Assembly: GCF_963921235.1 (NCBI RefSeq)
Contig: NC_086097.1
Span: forward strand, 58,964,001 to 59,028,000
Source of the DNA: Mobula hypostoma
Taxonomy: Eukaryota
Direction: 5' to 3'
DNA length: 64,000 bases
The notes beneath the pieces are model-generated. The model saw nothing but the letters and a program-made list of their open reading frames with translations. It did no database searches and was not told the origin of the DNA. The first letter of the stretch is position 1. Each line of letters opens with the position of its first letter. Positions 12,045 to 25,712 of this stretch are shown one piece after another. The position numbers were made by a program, and so were the translations under genes.

Positions 12045-15000
12045 TTTCACTGTGTCTCAGTACTGTACATTTCAATAAATGTGATAATAATAAACCAATT
12101 ACCTTCCCTTCACTTACTTATACATTCCAAATAAAAGCTAAAACCTGCCTGTCATAGACACAAAATTACTAAGTGAGGTGAAGTAAATTGTTTTTGTGGA
12201 GAGAATTCCAAATTTAACATCTTTTGTCAAATTCTGTTGATTGGTCTGAATCTGTGGACCCAGTGGATCCTGACCCTCTTTATGACTGACTGGTCAATGT
12301 CAGAGACACCTGCTATGGCTCCTCTTCAAACACTTGCACCATTTTCCCCAGCTTCTGCTAGAACCCATCCTCGGCCTCCTCATTCTCAGTTACATGCCGC
12401 ACTTCGGCATCAAATCTGACACGCACTGGGTGTATTGACCATTTCGTTTTCTTTGAATTCTTACTTGCTCTATTTGTCAGAGTGCTTGTCCAGTATCTAG
12501 TACTAGAGAAGCAGGGAGTAACAACTAAATAATTATTAGGAGGACAGAAACCATTAATATAGGTTGCCATCCCTTAACCACCAAATCCACCTCATACACT
12601 TTACTAATATAATTGACAGTAATGAACTTCATGCTGCAGCATTACAAAGACTACTTACCCATCCTGCACATCAATTGTCCAGTTTTCTTCAGTTCATCTG
12701 CTACAGGAAACCCATGTCCAAACCCCTGTTTGTGCCTGATTTCGTTATCCCAACTCACACCTGCCCTCTTTCCTTCTAGTTGTGTTTGTGTGCCGGTCTA
12801 TACCATTTGTTCATCTGTTTTAGTAACTGCTATTTGATTAGACTCATTCATCCCCTATGTGAATGGGCCCTTGTAGCATGGCACACTTGTTTATCTGCTT
12901 CTCTGATCATACAATTGAAAGAACTCTGCACTTGTGGCCAGGTGAAAGTAGAGTCAGGGGTGCATTAAAATTCCAACCTGTCTGATTTATAAATCATCAC
13001 TGTGCTTCAGCCCTATATTTGCTACTAATAAAAGGTGCCCTCATTTTATATTTATTAATTTTAATTTAAAAAATGGGGATATTTGAAGCCCCAAAATAGT
13101 ACATTATGGAACACCACCAGCCTCTTAATAGTTTAAACAAATACCAATTAACCTTACTTTCTGCCTTCTACCATCAAACCACCCTCCCAATGTGACCAGT
13201 TAATTTGCCCTTAATCCCATTAAGTTTATTTCAGCTCATATCCTCTGAATGCCTTTATAAACTGGATTTATACACAGTCCAGCATCTATTTTTGTTTATT
13301 TCTTAATTATTTAGGTTCACTAAACGGTTGACTAAGCATCTCAGATTTTTTAAAAGTATTTAGTCACTTTGCCCTTAACTATAGGTTCCTACAACCTCCC
13401 AGTTATAGATATTATGACACAATACAAGCAAGTTTATAATATTCTGATTTTCCTTTCTGTGTTTTATTAAATAGTCTACAGTCTTTTATAGAAGAGTGGA
13501 AGTAAAATCATAATGGGTCAAAAAGCAGCATCCAAACATCAGGATTTATAGTGAGCCTTATCAGATGCCTGGTGATATCACGTTGATGGACTGCAGAAAA
13601 ATATCCAGTATTGATGGAACCATTTAACTTGACTTTAAGACTCACCAGTGTTTTGTAGATTTTGTAGCAGGGATAACACTCTTGCCCAAACATTGTTTGA
13701 TGTAGGTATGTATGGAGGTTAGTCACTCAGTTGACTTGTATTTGAAAAAAACCCTTGAATTTTACTGGCTTTTCTACAATTTAAGTGACATGTAATATCC
13801 ATTGCATCTCACTCCCCTAAGATAAACATACTTAATTTATCCTTTCTTTATATTCCTCCTTTTTTTTCAGATTCTGAGGTCCTTCCAAACATTTCTGCCA
13901 AATTTCTCAGTCAGGCATCTAGCATCATCCACTCTGCATGTATCCCCCTTAATGATATGAATGCAGTTCATTGTTAATTAGGCAGAGTTATAGTCAATCA
14001 GCATAGTAAAGGATTTCTCTACTCAAATGAAGGTAATCTTGGCAAACCTTTTCTGACAGGAGGGCCAAATACAAATGTCAGCTGAGACTGGAATTTTAAA
14101 TTAGATCTTGTAATTGAGAATCCAACAGCCTAGTATTGTGGTTACTGAACCACTCACTACATCAATTTAATCTCAATAAATACTGACACAACTCCCCAGT
14201 GCTACAATTTATAGTAAAACATGTATGAAATGGGCATTCTTGACAAGAGACTGGGCAGTGTACACCAGTTAAATGCTAGTGTTTCCAAGAAAGAACATGA
14301 TTATCTGCCATGTAAATATATCCAGCTCAGTATATCAAAAATTATTCCATATTAAAATTAGAAAGAGCAGACAGATTAAAAATTAAAACAAACAGAAATG
14401 TGACTGTTTTACTAAATTATAGCATAGGCTTATTATGCAGTCGGCACATTAGCGTGCGTATCACCCTCCTGAATTGCAAAACCTTGGTCACAGCAGGACA
14501 TTAATGAGGGAAAAGGTTAGTAAATCAGGGAGCAGTACCAGGTTAGAATTCTAAAAACCTGGTCCCGCTGAAGAGCACAATTGAAAATGAAATGAGTCCT
14601 TATTTCAACATTGGAATAGAGCAAACACTGAACCATTCTACCTGTGACCATACAGAAAGACCAGCACATTTGATAATCAGCAGGTGTAGAAGGATTAATT
14701 ACAGTAGCAGGTTATATTTACTGTTAAGTGTCCCCATTTGCAGCTTGGACAGATTGATCCCATTAAGCTTTAGCACTGACTAATTGCTCACTTGCTGCTT
14801 GTATCTGCAGCTGCTCCATTTTAGAAAGGGAATTGTCACCGTTTTGGGAGTGAAAGAAACAGAGGAGCTGCTCTGCATTTTTATTGATTTCGAGCACTGC
14901 AGTGATATTTTGGTGGCACGACGAGCTGCTGCAGTGGGATTTCTGCAGGAAGCACAGGCATCCCAATGTCAATGCCGACTAATTTTCTAGGACTGGCCTT

Positions 15001-15938
15001 ATTTGCATTTTGTGGGCATGTTCGCAGCAGTAACATTGCCCAGCATAGGGCCCGAGAAACCGCTTCAACAGCTTAAAGCAGATTCAGTTGAAATGTTTAT
15101 AGGAAGTATGAATTCTGTTTTAACTGGGTCAGGAGTGGAGGGAGGAAGGTGGTGTCAGGTTGAGAGAGAGGAGTGAGAAATGAGAAAGAGAGCATTAACT
15201 CTTGGTGGATGAAATGAGAGGCAGGGAAGGGTAAAACTGGAACAGGGAGGGGAAACAGTGGTCATTAGAAAAATTGGAGGATAAAAGAACAGAACACATG
15301 AGGACTGCAGAATATCTATGCTACCTGGTCCCTGAAGCCTGCCTCACCTTTTGTGGCTGATCTATTTCAAGCCCTGTGCTGGGTTCCTATAGCCCTCAGT
15401 CCCCTGATGTATCTACATCCACTTTAAGTAGATCTAATGAAGTTTCACATCTTTCTGGCAGAGAATTTCAGAGATTCATAGCAATCTTCAAAAAGAAATT
15501 TTGACCATAAGACATAGGAGCAGAATTAAACTATTTGGCCCACTAAATCTGCTCTTCCATTCGATCATAACTGATTTAATTTCCCTCTCAATCCCATTCC
15601 CCTGCCATCTCCTCCTAACCTTTGACACCCCTACTAATTACAAACATATAGACCTTTGTTTTAAATATATCCAATCACTTGGCCTCCAGAGTCATCTGTG
15701 GTAATGAATTCCACAGACTCTCCACCCATTGGCTAAAGAAATTATTCAACATCTTTGTTTTAAAGGGGCATCTTCTATTTTGAGGCTGTGCCTCTGGTCC
15801 TGGACTTTCCCACTATTGGAAATGCCTTCTCCATGTTTATTCTGTCTAGGCCTTTTCATGTTCAGTGGATTTCAATAGGATTCCCCCCTTATTCTTCAAA
15901 AATCTAGCAAGTGCAGGGCCAGAGACATTATGCACTCC

Positions 15939-16203
15939 TGGTGTTCCTCCTTCTTTCCTTTCTCCCATCGTTCATTCTCCACTCCCATAAGATTCCTCCC
16001 TCTCCAGCACTTTTCTTTTCCCACCCCCCTGGCTTCACCTATCAACTTCTAGCTTGTCCTCCTTCCCTTCCCCTACCTTATTTTTTTGGCTTCTCCTTCA
16101 GTTTCGGTCCCGATGAAGGGCCTTGGCCTAAAACGTTGACTCTATATTCATTTTCATAGATGCTGCCTGACCTGCTGAGTTCTTCCAGCATTTTGTGTGT
16201 GTG
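15939..16203 (+). mobile_element. PLE 3' UTR/tail fragment with degenerate hammerhead
   Basis: Pyrimidine-rich UTR, then gtcccgatgaagggccttggcctaaaacgttgact...ccagcattttgtgtgtg. Confidence 0.78.
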
Positions 16204-16396
16204 CTACTCCATATTGTTAACCCTTTCATGCCTGGGATTATTCTGTAAAATTCAATGCCAGTACATCCTTTCTTAGATATGGGAATCAAAATTGCTCATA
16301 ATCTCCAGATGTAGTCTGACTATTGCATTATAAAGCCTGAGTATTACATTATTGCTTTTATATTCTAACCCCCTTGAAATGAATGCTTACATTACA

Positions 16397-18343
16397 ACAC
16401 ACACAAAATGCTGGAGGAACTCAGCAGGTCAGACAGCATCTATGGAAATGAATAAATGGCTGATGTTTCAGACCGAGACCCTTCTTCGAGACCGGAAGGA
16501 GATTAGTGAGGAGGGATGAATGGACTAAGGAATCACAGAGCAATCCCTGCAGAAAGCAGCGAGGGCAGGAGGTAACAATATGTTTGGTGGTAGGATTCCA
16601 TTGAAGATGGTGGAGGTTGTGGAGAATGATGTGTTGGATGCAGAGGCTCATAGGTTGGTAGTTAAGGACAAGAGTTAAGGAACTCTATCACAGTTCAGGC
16701 AGTGGGTAAATAGTGTGAGCACGAATGTCCAGGAAATGGAAGAGATGCTGGTGAGCGCATCATCAATAGTGGAGGAAGGGAAACCCCATTCTTTGAAGAA
16801 GGAGAACATCTCTGATGTCCTGGAAAGGAAAGATGCATCCTGGGAACAGATGCAGTGAAGTTGAAAGAATAGAGAAAAGGGAATAGCATTTTTACAGAAA
16901 ACAAGTTAGGAAGGGGTATAGTCACTGTGGGATAACTGTGGGAATTGATAGGTTTATAAAAGATGTCAGTCAGTAGTTTCTCTCCAGAGATGGAGACAGA
17001 AAGTTCAAGAAAATGGAAAGAGGTCTCAGAAATGGACCCAGTAAATTTAAGGGCAGGATGGAAGTTGGAGGTAAAGTTGATGAAATTGATAAGCTCAGCA
17101 TGGGTGAACCAGCACCAATGCTGTCGTCACTGTAACGGAGGAAGAATTGGGGAGCAATACCAGGGAAGGCTTGGAACATGGACTGTTCCACATAGGCAAC
17201 GAAAAGGCAGGCATGGCTGGGGCACAAGTGGGTATGCATGGCTACCCCTTGAGTCTGAAGAAAGTGTGAGGAGCTGAAGAAAAATTTGCTGTGGGTGAGG
17301 ACCAGGTCTGCCAGATGAAGGAGGATGGTGGTGGAGGGATACTGGTTGGTTCTTTATTGAGAAAGAAGCAGACAGCTTTAAGACCTTGTTGATGGGGGAT
17401 AGAAGTGTATAGGGACTGGATATCCTTGGTAAAAATGAGGCAGTCAGGGTCAGGGAATTGAACGTCAGTGAGGAAACCAGGAGCATGAGAAGTTTCATGA
17501 ATGTAGGTGGGAAGGTACTGAAACAAGAGGGATAGAATGGAATCTAGGTACAAGGACATGAATTCAGTGGGGCAGGACCAGGCATAGACAATGGAACTGT
17601 CCAGACAGTCAGGGTCGTGGCTGTTTGTAGGAGGTAGAAGCAAGCAGTGTGGGGTAAGGGAAGTGCAAGTCTGGTGGCAATGGATGGGAGTTCTTCAGAG
17701 CTGATGTGATCAGTGACAGTGTCGGAGACAGTTTTCTGATGGTTCTGAGTGGGGTTCTCTTCAAGAGATAGGGAGGTGGAGGTATCTGAGAGTTCATGCC
17801 TGGCCTTGGCAAGGTAGAAATCAGACCACCACACCACAGCCGCATCTCCTTTGTCTGGGGGTTTGATAATAAGGTTGGGAATTGTGCAAAGAGAGTGAAG
17901 AGCAGTGCCTTCAGAGAGAGTAAGATTCGAGGCGGAGAGAGGAGTTCTAAGGTTGAGAAAGTTGATGTCTCATTGGCAATTTGAGATGAAAAGATCCAGA
18001 GCAGGCAAAAAACCAGAGCAAGATATCCAAGAAGAGGGGGAAGGTTGGAGACAGGAGAAGGAGTTATCAGTGCAGGGCATGGAACTCTTGCCAAAGAAGT
18101 GGGCTCGGAGACGGAGGCAATGGAAGAAAAGCCCGGTGTTCTGGTGGGAACAGAACTCACTGAGGTGTGGGCATAGGGAAACAAAGATAGGGTCCTTTTT
18201 GAGGACTCCATATTCTGCCTCAGAGAGGCGAAGGTTGGAGGGAACAATGAAGACATGGCAAGGATTAGAACTGGGATCAGATGGGGGGAAAGCTGTTGGA
18301 GGTGCCAGAGAAGAGGTAATATTGATGATACAGCCTCTCCTCA
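16397..18343 (-). mobile_element. Penelope-like element, older, GIY-YIG region deleted
   Basis: RT motifs FTKDIQSLYTSIPHQQGLKA, CPSHACLFVAYVEQ, FLRYSDD. The tail (16397-16490) is joined directly to post-RT sequence. 12-bp TSD GCTTACATTACA at 16385-16396 and 18344-18355. Confidence 0.88.
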
Positions 18344-18993
18344 GCTTACATTACATTTGCTTTCCTTACAACCTGCAAGTTAACCTTTAGGGAATCCTGC
18401 ACTAGGACTCCGAAGTCCCTTCGCACTTCAAATTTCTGAATTTGCTCTCTATTTAGAAAATTGTCTACGCCTTTATTCCTTCTACCAAAGTGCATGAATC
18501 TGCACTTCACCATGCAAGACGATGTACTCCATCTGCCACTACTTTAACCATTCTCCTAATCTGTCTAAGTCCTTCTGTAGACTCCCTGCTTCCTCAACAC
18601 TGTCACCCTCCTCCTATTTTTTTACCATCTGCAACATCCACAATGCCTTCAGTTCTGTATTCCAGGTCATTAACATATAAGATGAAACACCGCCTCCTGT
18701 GAAACACTACTAGTCACTGGCAAACAGCCAGAAATGGTCCCTTTTATTCCCACTCTTTGCCATTCAGCCAGTCAGCCAATCTTCTATCCATGTTAGTATC
18801 TTTCCTGTAATACCGTGGGCTCTTAACTTGTTTAGCAGCATCATATGGGGCACCTTGTCAAAACCCTTTCGAAAATCCAAATAAACAACATCCACTGACT
18901 CTCCTTTGTCTGTCCTACCTGTTACTTCAGTACTTTAGTATTTTCCTGCACTTGAGTTTGAAGTCACCTGCTTCTAATCTTAAAACACTACCT

Positions 18994-21900
18994 AATATAA
19001 AAATTGCTGGTGAACGCAGCAGGCCAGGCAGCACCTATAGGAAGAGGTACAGTCGACCTTTTGGGCTGAGACCCTTCGTCAGGACTAACTGAATGAAGAG
19101 CTAGTAAGAGATTTGAAAGTGGGAGGGGGAGGGGAAGATCCGAAGTGGTAGGAGAAGACAGGAGGGGGAGGGATGGAGCCAAGAGCTGGACAGGTGATTG
19201 GCAAAGGGATATGAGAGGATCATGGGACAGGAGGCCTAGGGAGAAAAAAAGGGGGAGGGGGGAAGCGCAGAGGATGAGCAAGGGGTATAGTGAGAGGGAC
19301 AGAGGGAGAAAAAGGAGAGAGAGAGAAAAAATTAACAATAATAAAAATAAATAAGTAACGGATGGGGTATGAAGGGGAGATGGGGCATTAACAGAAGTTA
19401 GAGAAGTCGATGTTCATGCCATCAGGTTGGAGGCTACTCAGACGGAATATAAGGTGTTGTTCCTCCAACCTGAGTGTGGCTTCATCTTTACAGTAGAGGA
19501 GGCCGTGGATAGACATATCAGAATGGGAATGGGACGTGGAATTAAAATGTGTGGCCACTGGGAGATCTTGCTTTCTCTGGCGGACAGAGCATAGGTGTTC
19601 AGCGAAACGATCTCCCAGTCTGCGTCGGGTCTCGCCAATAGCCAATATATAGAAGGCTGCATCGGGAGCACCGGACACAGTATTTCACCCCAGCCGACTC
19701 ACAGGTGAAGTGTCGCCTCACCTGGGATGGCTGTCTGGGGCCCTGAATGGAGGTGAAGGAGGAAGTGTAAGGGCACGTGTAGCACTTGTTCCGCTTAGAG
19801 GGATGAGTGCTGGGAGGGAGATCGGTGGGAGGGGATGGGGGGGGCGAATGGACAAGGGAGTTGCGTAGGGAGCGATCCCTGTGGAAAGCAGAGAAGTCGG
19901 GGAGGGAACGATGTGCTTACTGGTGGGATCCCATTGGAGGTGGCGGAAGTTACCGAGAATTATATGTTGGACCCAGAGGCTGGTGGGATGGTAGGTGAGG
20001 ACAAGGGGAACCCTATTCCTAGTGGGGTGGCTGGAGGATGGGGTGAGAGCAGATGTGCGTGAAATAGGAGAGATGCGTTTGAGAGCAGAGTTGATGGTGG
20101 AGGAAGGGAAGCCCCTTTCTTTAAAAAAGGAGGACATCTCCTTCATCCTGGTATGAAAAGCCTCATCCTGAGATGTGGTGGAGATGGAGGAACTGCGAGA
20201 AGGGGGTGGCATTTTTGCAAGAGACAGGATGAGAAGAGGAAGAGTCCAGGTAGCTGTGAGAGTCCGTAGGCTTATAGTAGACATCAGTACATAAACTGTC
20301 TCCAGAGATAGAGACAGAAAGATCAAGAAAGGGGAGGGAGTTGTCGGAAATGGACCAGGTAAACTTGAGGGCAGGGTGAAAGTTGGAGGCAAATTTAATG
20401 AAGTCCATGAGCTCAGCATGCATGCAGGAAGCAGCGCCAATGCAGTCGTCGATGTAGAGAAGGAAAAGTGGAGGACAGATACCAGTATAGGCTTGGAACA
20501 TGGATCGTTCCACAAAGCCAAAAAGGCAGGCATAGCTGGGACCCATACAGGTGCCCATGGCTACACCTTTAGTTTGGAGGAAGTGGGAGGAGCCAAAGGA
20601 GAAATTATTAAGAGTAAGGACTAATCCCGCTAGACGGAGCAGAGTGGTGGTGGAGGGGAACTGATTAGGTCTGGAATCCAAAAAGAAGCGGAGAGCTTGG
20701 AGAGCTTTGAGACCTTCCTGGTGGGGGATGGAAGTATATAAGGACTGGACATCCATGGTGAAAATAAAGCAGTGGGGGCCAAGGAACTTAAAATCATTGA
20801 AAAAATTCAGAGTGTGAGAAGTGTCACAAACATAGGTAGGAAGGGATTGAACAAGGGGGGATAAAACAGTGTCGAGGTATGCAGAAATGAGTTCGGTGGA
20901 GCAGGAGTGAGCTGAGACAATGGGTTTACCCGGACAGGCAGGTTTGTGGATCTTGGGTAAGAGGTAGAAACGGGAAGTGTGGGGTGCGGGAACTATAAGG
21001 TTGGTAGCAGTGGATGGGAGATCCCCTGAGCTGATACAGTTGGTGATGGTGTGGGAGACAATGGCCTGGTGCTCCTTAGTGGGGTTGTGATTGAGGGGTA
21101 AATAAAAGGGGGTATCCACATATTGTCGCAGTGCCTCGGCAAGGTAGAGGTCAGTACACCATACTACAACAGCACCCCCCTTAATGGCAGGTTTTATAGC
21201 AAGGTTAGGATTAGTATGGAAGGAGTGGAGAGCAGAGCGTTCGGAAGGAGTGAGGTTGTAATGGGAACAAGGTGTGATGAAGTCGAGACTGTTGATGTCC
21301 CGTCGGCAGTAAAGAGATCCAGAGCATGCAGAAGACCAGAGTGAGGTGTCCATGAAGAGGAGGAGGGTTGAAGACTGGAGAAGGTATCATCGGTGGGGGT
21401 GGGAGAGTCTTTGCTGAAGAAGTAGGCTCAAAGATGGAGCCGGCGGAAGAGGAGTTCAGTGTCATGGTGGACGCGGAACTCGCTGAGGTGTGGGCGAAGG
21501 GGGACAAAGGTGAGGCCCTTACTGAGGATAGAGCGCTCTGCCTCAGAGAGTTGAAGGTCAGAGGGGATAGTGAAGACCTGGCATGGATGAGAAGTGGGAT
21601 CAGAGGGGGGGAGAGGGAGGGTGGTGTCAGTGGAGAGGGGAGGGTCGGGGTGAGAGGAAGAAGGAGACTCCGAGGGCCCAGGAGTAGATGATGGAATGTG
21701 AGGGAGACAGGGTTGCAGAGTGGTGGGGGCCTCCCGTCCCATGATCCTCTCATATCCCCGTTGCCAATCAACTTTCCAACTCTTAACTCCATCCCTTCCC
21801 CCTACTGTCTTCTATCATTTTGGATCTCCCCTCCCTCCCCACTTTCAAATCTCTTACTATCTCTTCTTTCAGTTAGTCTTGACGAAGGGTCTCGGCCCGA

Positions 21901-22014
21901 AACGTCGACTGTACCTCTTCCTATAGATGCTGCCTAGCCTGCAGCATTCACCAGCAACTTTTATGTCTGTTGCTTGAAATTCCAGCATCTGCAAATTTCC
22001 TTGTGTTTGTGTTT
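18994..22014 (-). mobile_element. Penelope-like element with inverted terminal pLTR
   Basis: 396-aa RT stretch at 20163-21353 (MDVQSLYTSIPH, YIDD) and GIY-YIG at 19388-19678. The 3' repeat 18994-19236 is present again inverted at 21728-22014. TSD TTA(A/G)AACACTACCT at 18980-18993 and 22015-22028. Confidence 0.94.
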
Positions 22015-22514
22015 TTAGAACACTACCTCCTCATTTGAGAGTCTCAAACTCTACATCTACTCAGTCACTCATTTATATTTCACTAACATTACCCTTCAAT
22101 CTTTGAAACTTGTTGAGATGGGATAAGTACATCATAAAGCATCATCATATCAGGGTAATGAAGTAGCCTTGATCTGACATGCCGACCTTGTTCTAAGCGA
22201 AGGTTGGTAGCGGTCCTGAGAAGCCTATATTGGGTAACCAGCTGGCAATATGACATTGAGAAAGTGCCCCCAATTTCTCTCATAATTTTTCCCTTTCATG
22301 CACTTGACTTATAAAGGTCAAGACAAGGCCAATTGTGAGCATGAGCAATGCAACCATTGATTGGTATTTAATCCAGATGCATCCAATAGACACAAGGTTT
22401 TGTGGCTGGTGACGATCACCATCAGGTCACTGTTGACTTTCTGAAAAAAAACTAAAACCTAACTCGCAACAGTCCTTCCAGTGGTGGAGGTTTACGAGAA
22501 TGATGCTGAAAATA

Positions 22515-22957
22515 AAAGGGTTAATATACGAGGAGAATTTGGAATTTGATGGCTCTGGCTCTGTACTTTCTGGAGTTTAGAAAAGCAAGGGCGGAATCTC
22601 ATTGATTCCTATCGAATATTGAAAAGCCAAGATAGAGTGAACGTGCAGAGGATATTTCCTATAGTGGGGTAGTCTAGGACCACAAGACAGCCTCAAAATA
22701 GAAGAACATCACTTTAGAACAGTGATGAGGAAGAATTTCCTTAGCAGAGGGTGGTGAATCTGTGGAATTTATTGCCACACATGGTTGTGGAGGCCAAGTC
22801 ACTGGATATATTTAAATCGGAGTTTGATAGGTTTTTGATTGGTAAGCGTGTCAAAGGTTATAGGGAGAAGGCAGGAGAGTGGTGATGAGAGCCATGAAGG
22901 AATGGTGGAACAGATTCAATGAACTGAATGGCCTGAGTCTCCTCCCTGTGGTCTTAT
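22515..22957 (+). mobile_element. CR1 3' fragment
   Basis: Degenerate YEE.L.ALALY.LEFR, QRVVNLWNLLP and CR1 3' UTR. Confidence 0.72.
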
Positions 22958-23239
22958 ATCCTCCCTATGGTTTTATAGTGACAGTTGAAAACAGCTGGAA
23001 GGCATCTTTGCTGGCTGGGCAAAGCAGGCTCTCCCCGGTGGCCAGTTGGCAAAGCTGCCAACCACAACAATCACGTATTAAGTAAGCTGTTCCTTAGTTT
23101 GAAATGCAAGGTTTGTGTCGATACACATAACAGAAATGGCAATTGTCCCAGTATAAATAACCACCATGAGCTCCAGGGGGTGACCTAATTTGCTTATTTT
23201 TAATTTCAGACACTACAACACATTAATTCTACTAAGACT

Positions 23240-23660
23240 GTTCATGAAGAAAGAGGTTTTGAGAAAATATTGTCCTGGATAGAAGCAGATTACTTGTACG
23301 GAGAGGTGGAACAAACTTCAGGCCAGCAAAGCAGTGACTATTAAGTCAAAGGTGGGTGAACCTCATAATGGATGGTCTGCTGTTTCATTCATTGGGAGAG
23401 AATTCCAGAGCAATCGACAGCACACCATAGGTCTAATATAAGGCACTAGGGAGAGATGTAGTAGATTTTAAAGGTTTAAGTTGTTCACTAGTTGGAATAT
23501 GGATATGGGAAGGATACTTGGGGAGCAGAGAGGTGTGGAGATGAGGTGTGTTGTTGAGGTGCACTAGAATAGGCAAGTGAAGTAGCAGGAGCCAGGAAAA
23601 TGGAAGGGGATGCAATGGTTTAGGAAGGAACCCGTGATGATGCTCTGTAAGCAGCAAATT
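23240..23660 (-). mobile_element. Possible ancient L2 LINE 3' fragment
   Basis: Weak similarity only (gggagagaattccagagc = reverse-complement LWNSLP; purine-rich). Confidence 0.3.
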
Positions 23661-24128
23661 TAATAATATTGAGCAACATGTGAAGATTTCTCCTAGTTCA
23701 TTTTGCAGTAAGTCTGTTGCTGGGTGGAATGCCTACATTAATTGAGATCTTGTGGGCTCTGCATGTACAGTACAGTAGATTTCCACATAATTTTTCCAAC
23801 CTGGACAGAAAATGATATTCATTTTTCTCAATAGATTCACTCATCAAACACCGGACTTCAGTGGTAAATAGACACAGGAAATCTGAAATAAAACAGAAAA
23901 TGCTAGAAACACCTAGCAAGTCAAACATTCCCTGTGGGGACAGAAACAGATTAAGTGCCTTAGGCCAATGGCCATTCATCGTGAAAAAGAAACTGAAAAC
24001 AAGCATGTCTTAATTTGTAGAGACAGGGAACAGTGAGAAAAAGCAAAAGAAATGTTTGTGACAGGGTGGGTACCAGAAGAAACTATGATGCTGGATAAAC
24101 TCAGCACATTTTGAAGGCCTGTTAATCT

Positions 24129-25712
24129 AGAATCAAAATTAGAATCAGGTTTAATTTCAATGGAATATGTTGTGAAATTGTTTTGCTGCAGCAGTACAGT
24201 GCAATACATGATAATAAAAAAATTACAAGAAGTAATATATATATATATATAAAATAAATTAAATAAGTAATGCAAAAAAAGAGAGAAAATAACTAGTGAG
24301 GTAGGGTTTATGGGTTCATTGTCCACTTGGAGGGAAAGAAACTGTTGCTGAAACGTTGAGTGTGTGTCTTTAGGTTCCTGTACCTCCTCCTTGATGGTAG
24401 CAGTGAGAAGAAGGCAAGTCCTGAATGATGGGAGTCCTTTATGATGGATGCCTCCCTTTTCAGGCATCGCCTTTAGAAGGTTTCCTCAATACTGTGGAGG
24501 CTAGTGACTGTGATGGAGTTGGCTGAGTTTACAAATTTCTGCAGCTTCTTCTGATCCTGTGCAGTGGCCCCTCCATACCAGATGGTGATAAAACCAGATA
24601 GAACCTGTAGAAATTTGCGAGAGTCTTTGATGACACACCAAGTCTCCTCAAACTCCTGATGAAATACTGCCGCTGTTGTGCCTTCTTTTTAATTGCATCA
24701 ATATGTTGGGCCCAGGAACTTGAAACCACTCACCCTTTCCACTGTTGATCCCTCGATGAGTACTAGTGTGTGTTCCCTCAACATCCTTTTCCTGAAATCC
24801 ACAATCAATTCCTTCTTCTTACTGAAATTGGGTGTAAACTTATTATTGCAACACCACTCAACCAGCTGACCTATCTCACTTATCAAAGTATGCATATGTT
24901 CCTATATGTTACCATACCTTGAGATGCCTCTTCTCGTCATCTGAGATTCTGCCAACAAACAATGGTTTCACTGGCAAATTTACCAATGGAGTTTGAGCTG
25001 TACCTAGCCACACAGTTGTGGGTGTTGGGAGAGTATGGCACAGGGCTAAATATGCATCCTTGAGGTGTGCCTGTGTTGATTGTCGGCAAGTAGGAGATGT
25101 AATCTTCAATCTGCACTGCCTATGGTCTCCCGGTGAGAAAGTCAAGGATTCAGTTGCAGAGGGAGGTACAGGGGCCAAGATTTTGGAGCTTGTTGATTAG
25201 AACTGAGGGCATGATTGTGTTGAATGTGGAGCTGTATCAATAAACAGCAGTCTGACCAAGCATTGCTATTGTCAAGGTGATCTAAGGCTAAGTGGAGAGC
25301 CAATGGGACTGTATCCATTGTGGGCCTACTGTGACGTTTGGCAAGTTGCCATAGGTCCAGGTCCTTGCTTAGGTTGAACTTGTTCTGGCCATGAACAACC
25401 TCTCAAAGCATTTCATCACAGTAGATATAAGTGTATAAAGGTGATAATCGTAGAGGCAGATCACCCTGCACTTCTTGGGCATCGGTATGATTGTCACCCT
25501 TTTCAAGCAGGTGGGAACCCCCGAGAGCAACAGTGAGAGATTGAAGATGTCTTTGAATGCTCACCTCTTTTGGTTGACTCAGATTTTCAGGGCCCTACAA
25601 GATATACCATCAGGCTCTGACGCTTTGAAAGGATTCTTCCTCTTGAAAGATGTTCTGACGTCAGCCTCCAAAGCAGAGATTACAGAGTCACCAGATACTG
25701 TAGGGATTCACT
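24129..25712 (-). mobile_element. Rex1/Babar LINE, truncated
   Basis: WAQHIDAIKKKAQQRQYFIRSLRRLG, KELIVDFRK, PTCLKRVTIIPMPK (reverse complement). (GATTCT)n-like tail at 24129-24147. Confidence 0.87.

Larger units (their letters stand above)
15503..18925 (-). mobile_element. Older CR1 LINE 3' part, split by two PLE insertions
   Basis: CR1 3' end gaccataagacataggagcagaatt. CR1 sequence continues at 16206-16396 and 18344-18925 (reverse-complemented FRKGFDKVPH, V.VVYLD). Confidence 0.78.

Noticed and set aside
19050..19088. Other hammerhead copies (4372, 16105, 19050, 21874, 44878, 55877) as active ribozymes
   Set aside because: Each has substitutions in, or loss of, CUGANGA or GAAAC-GUC.
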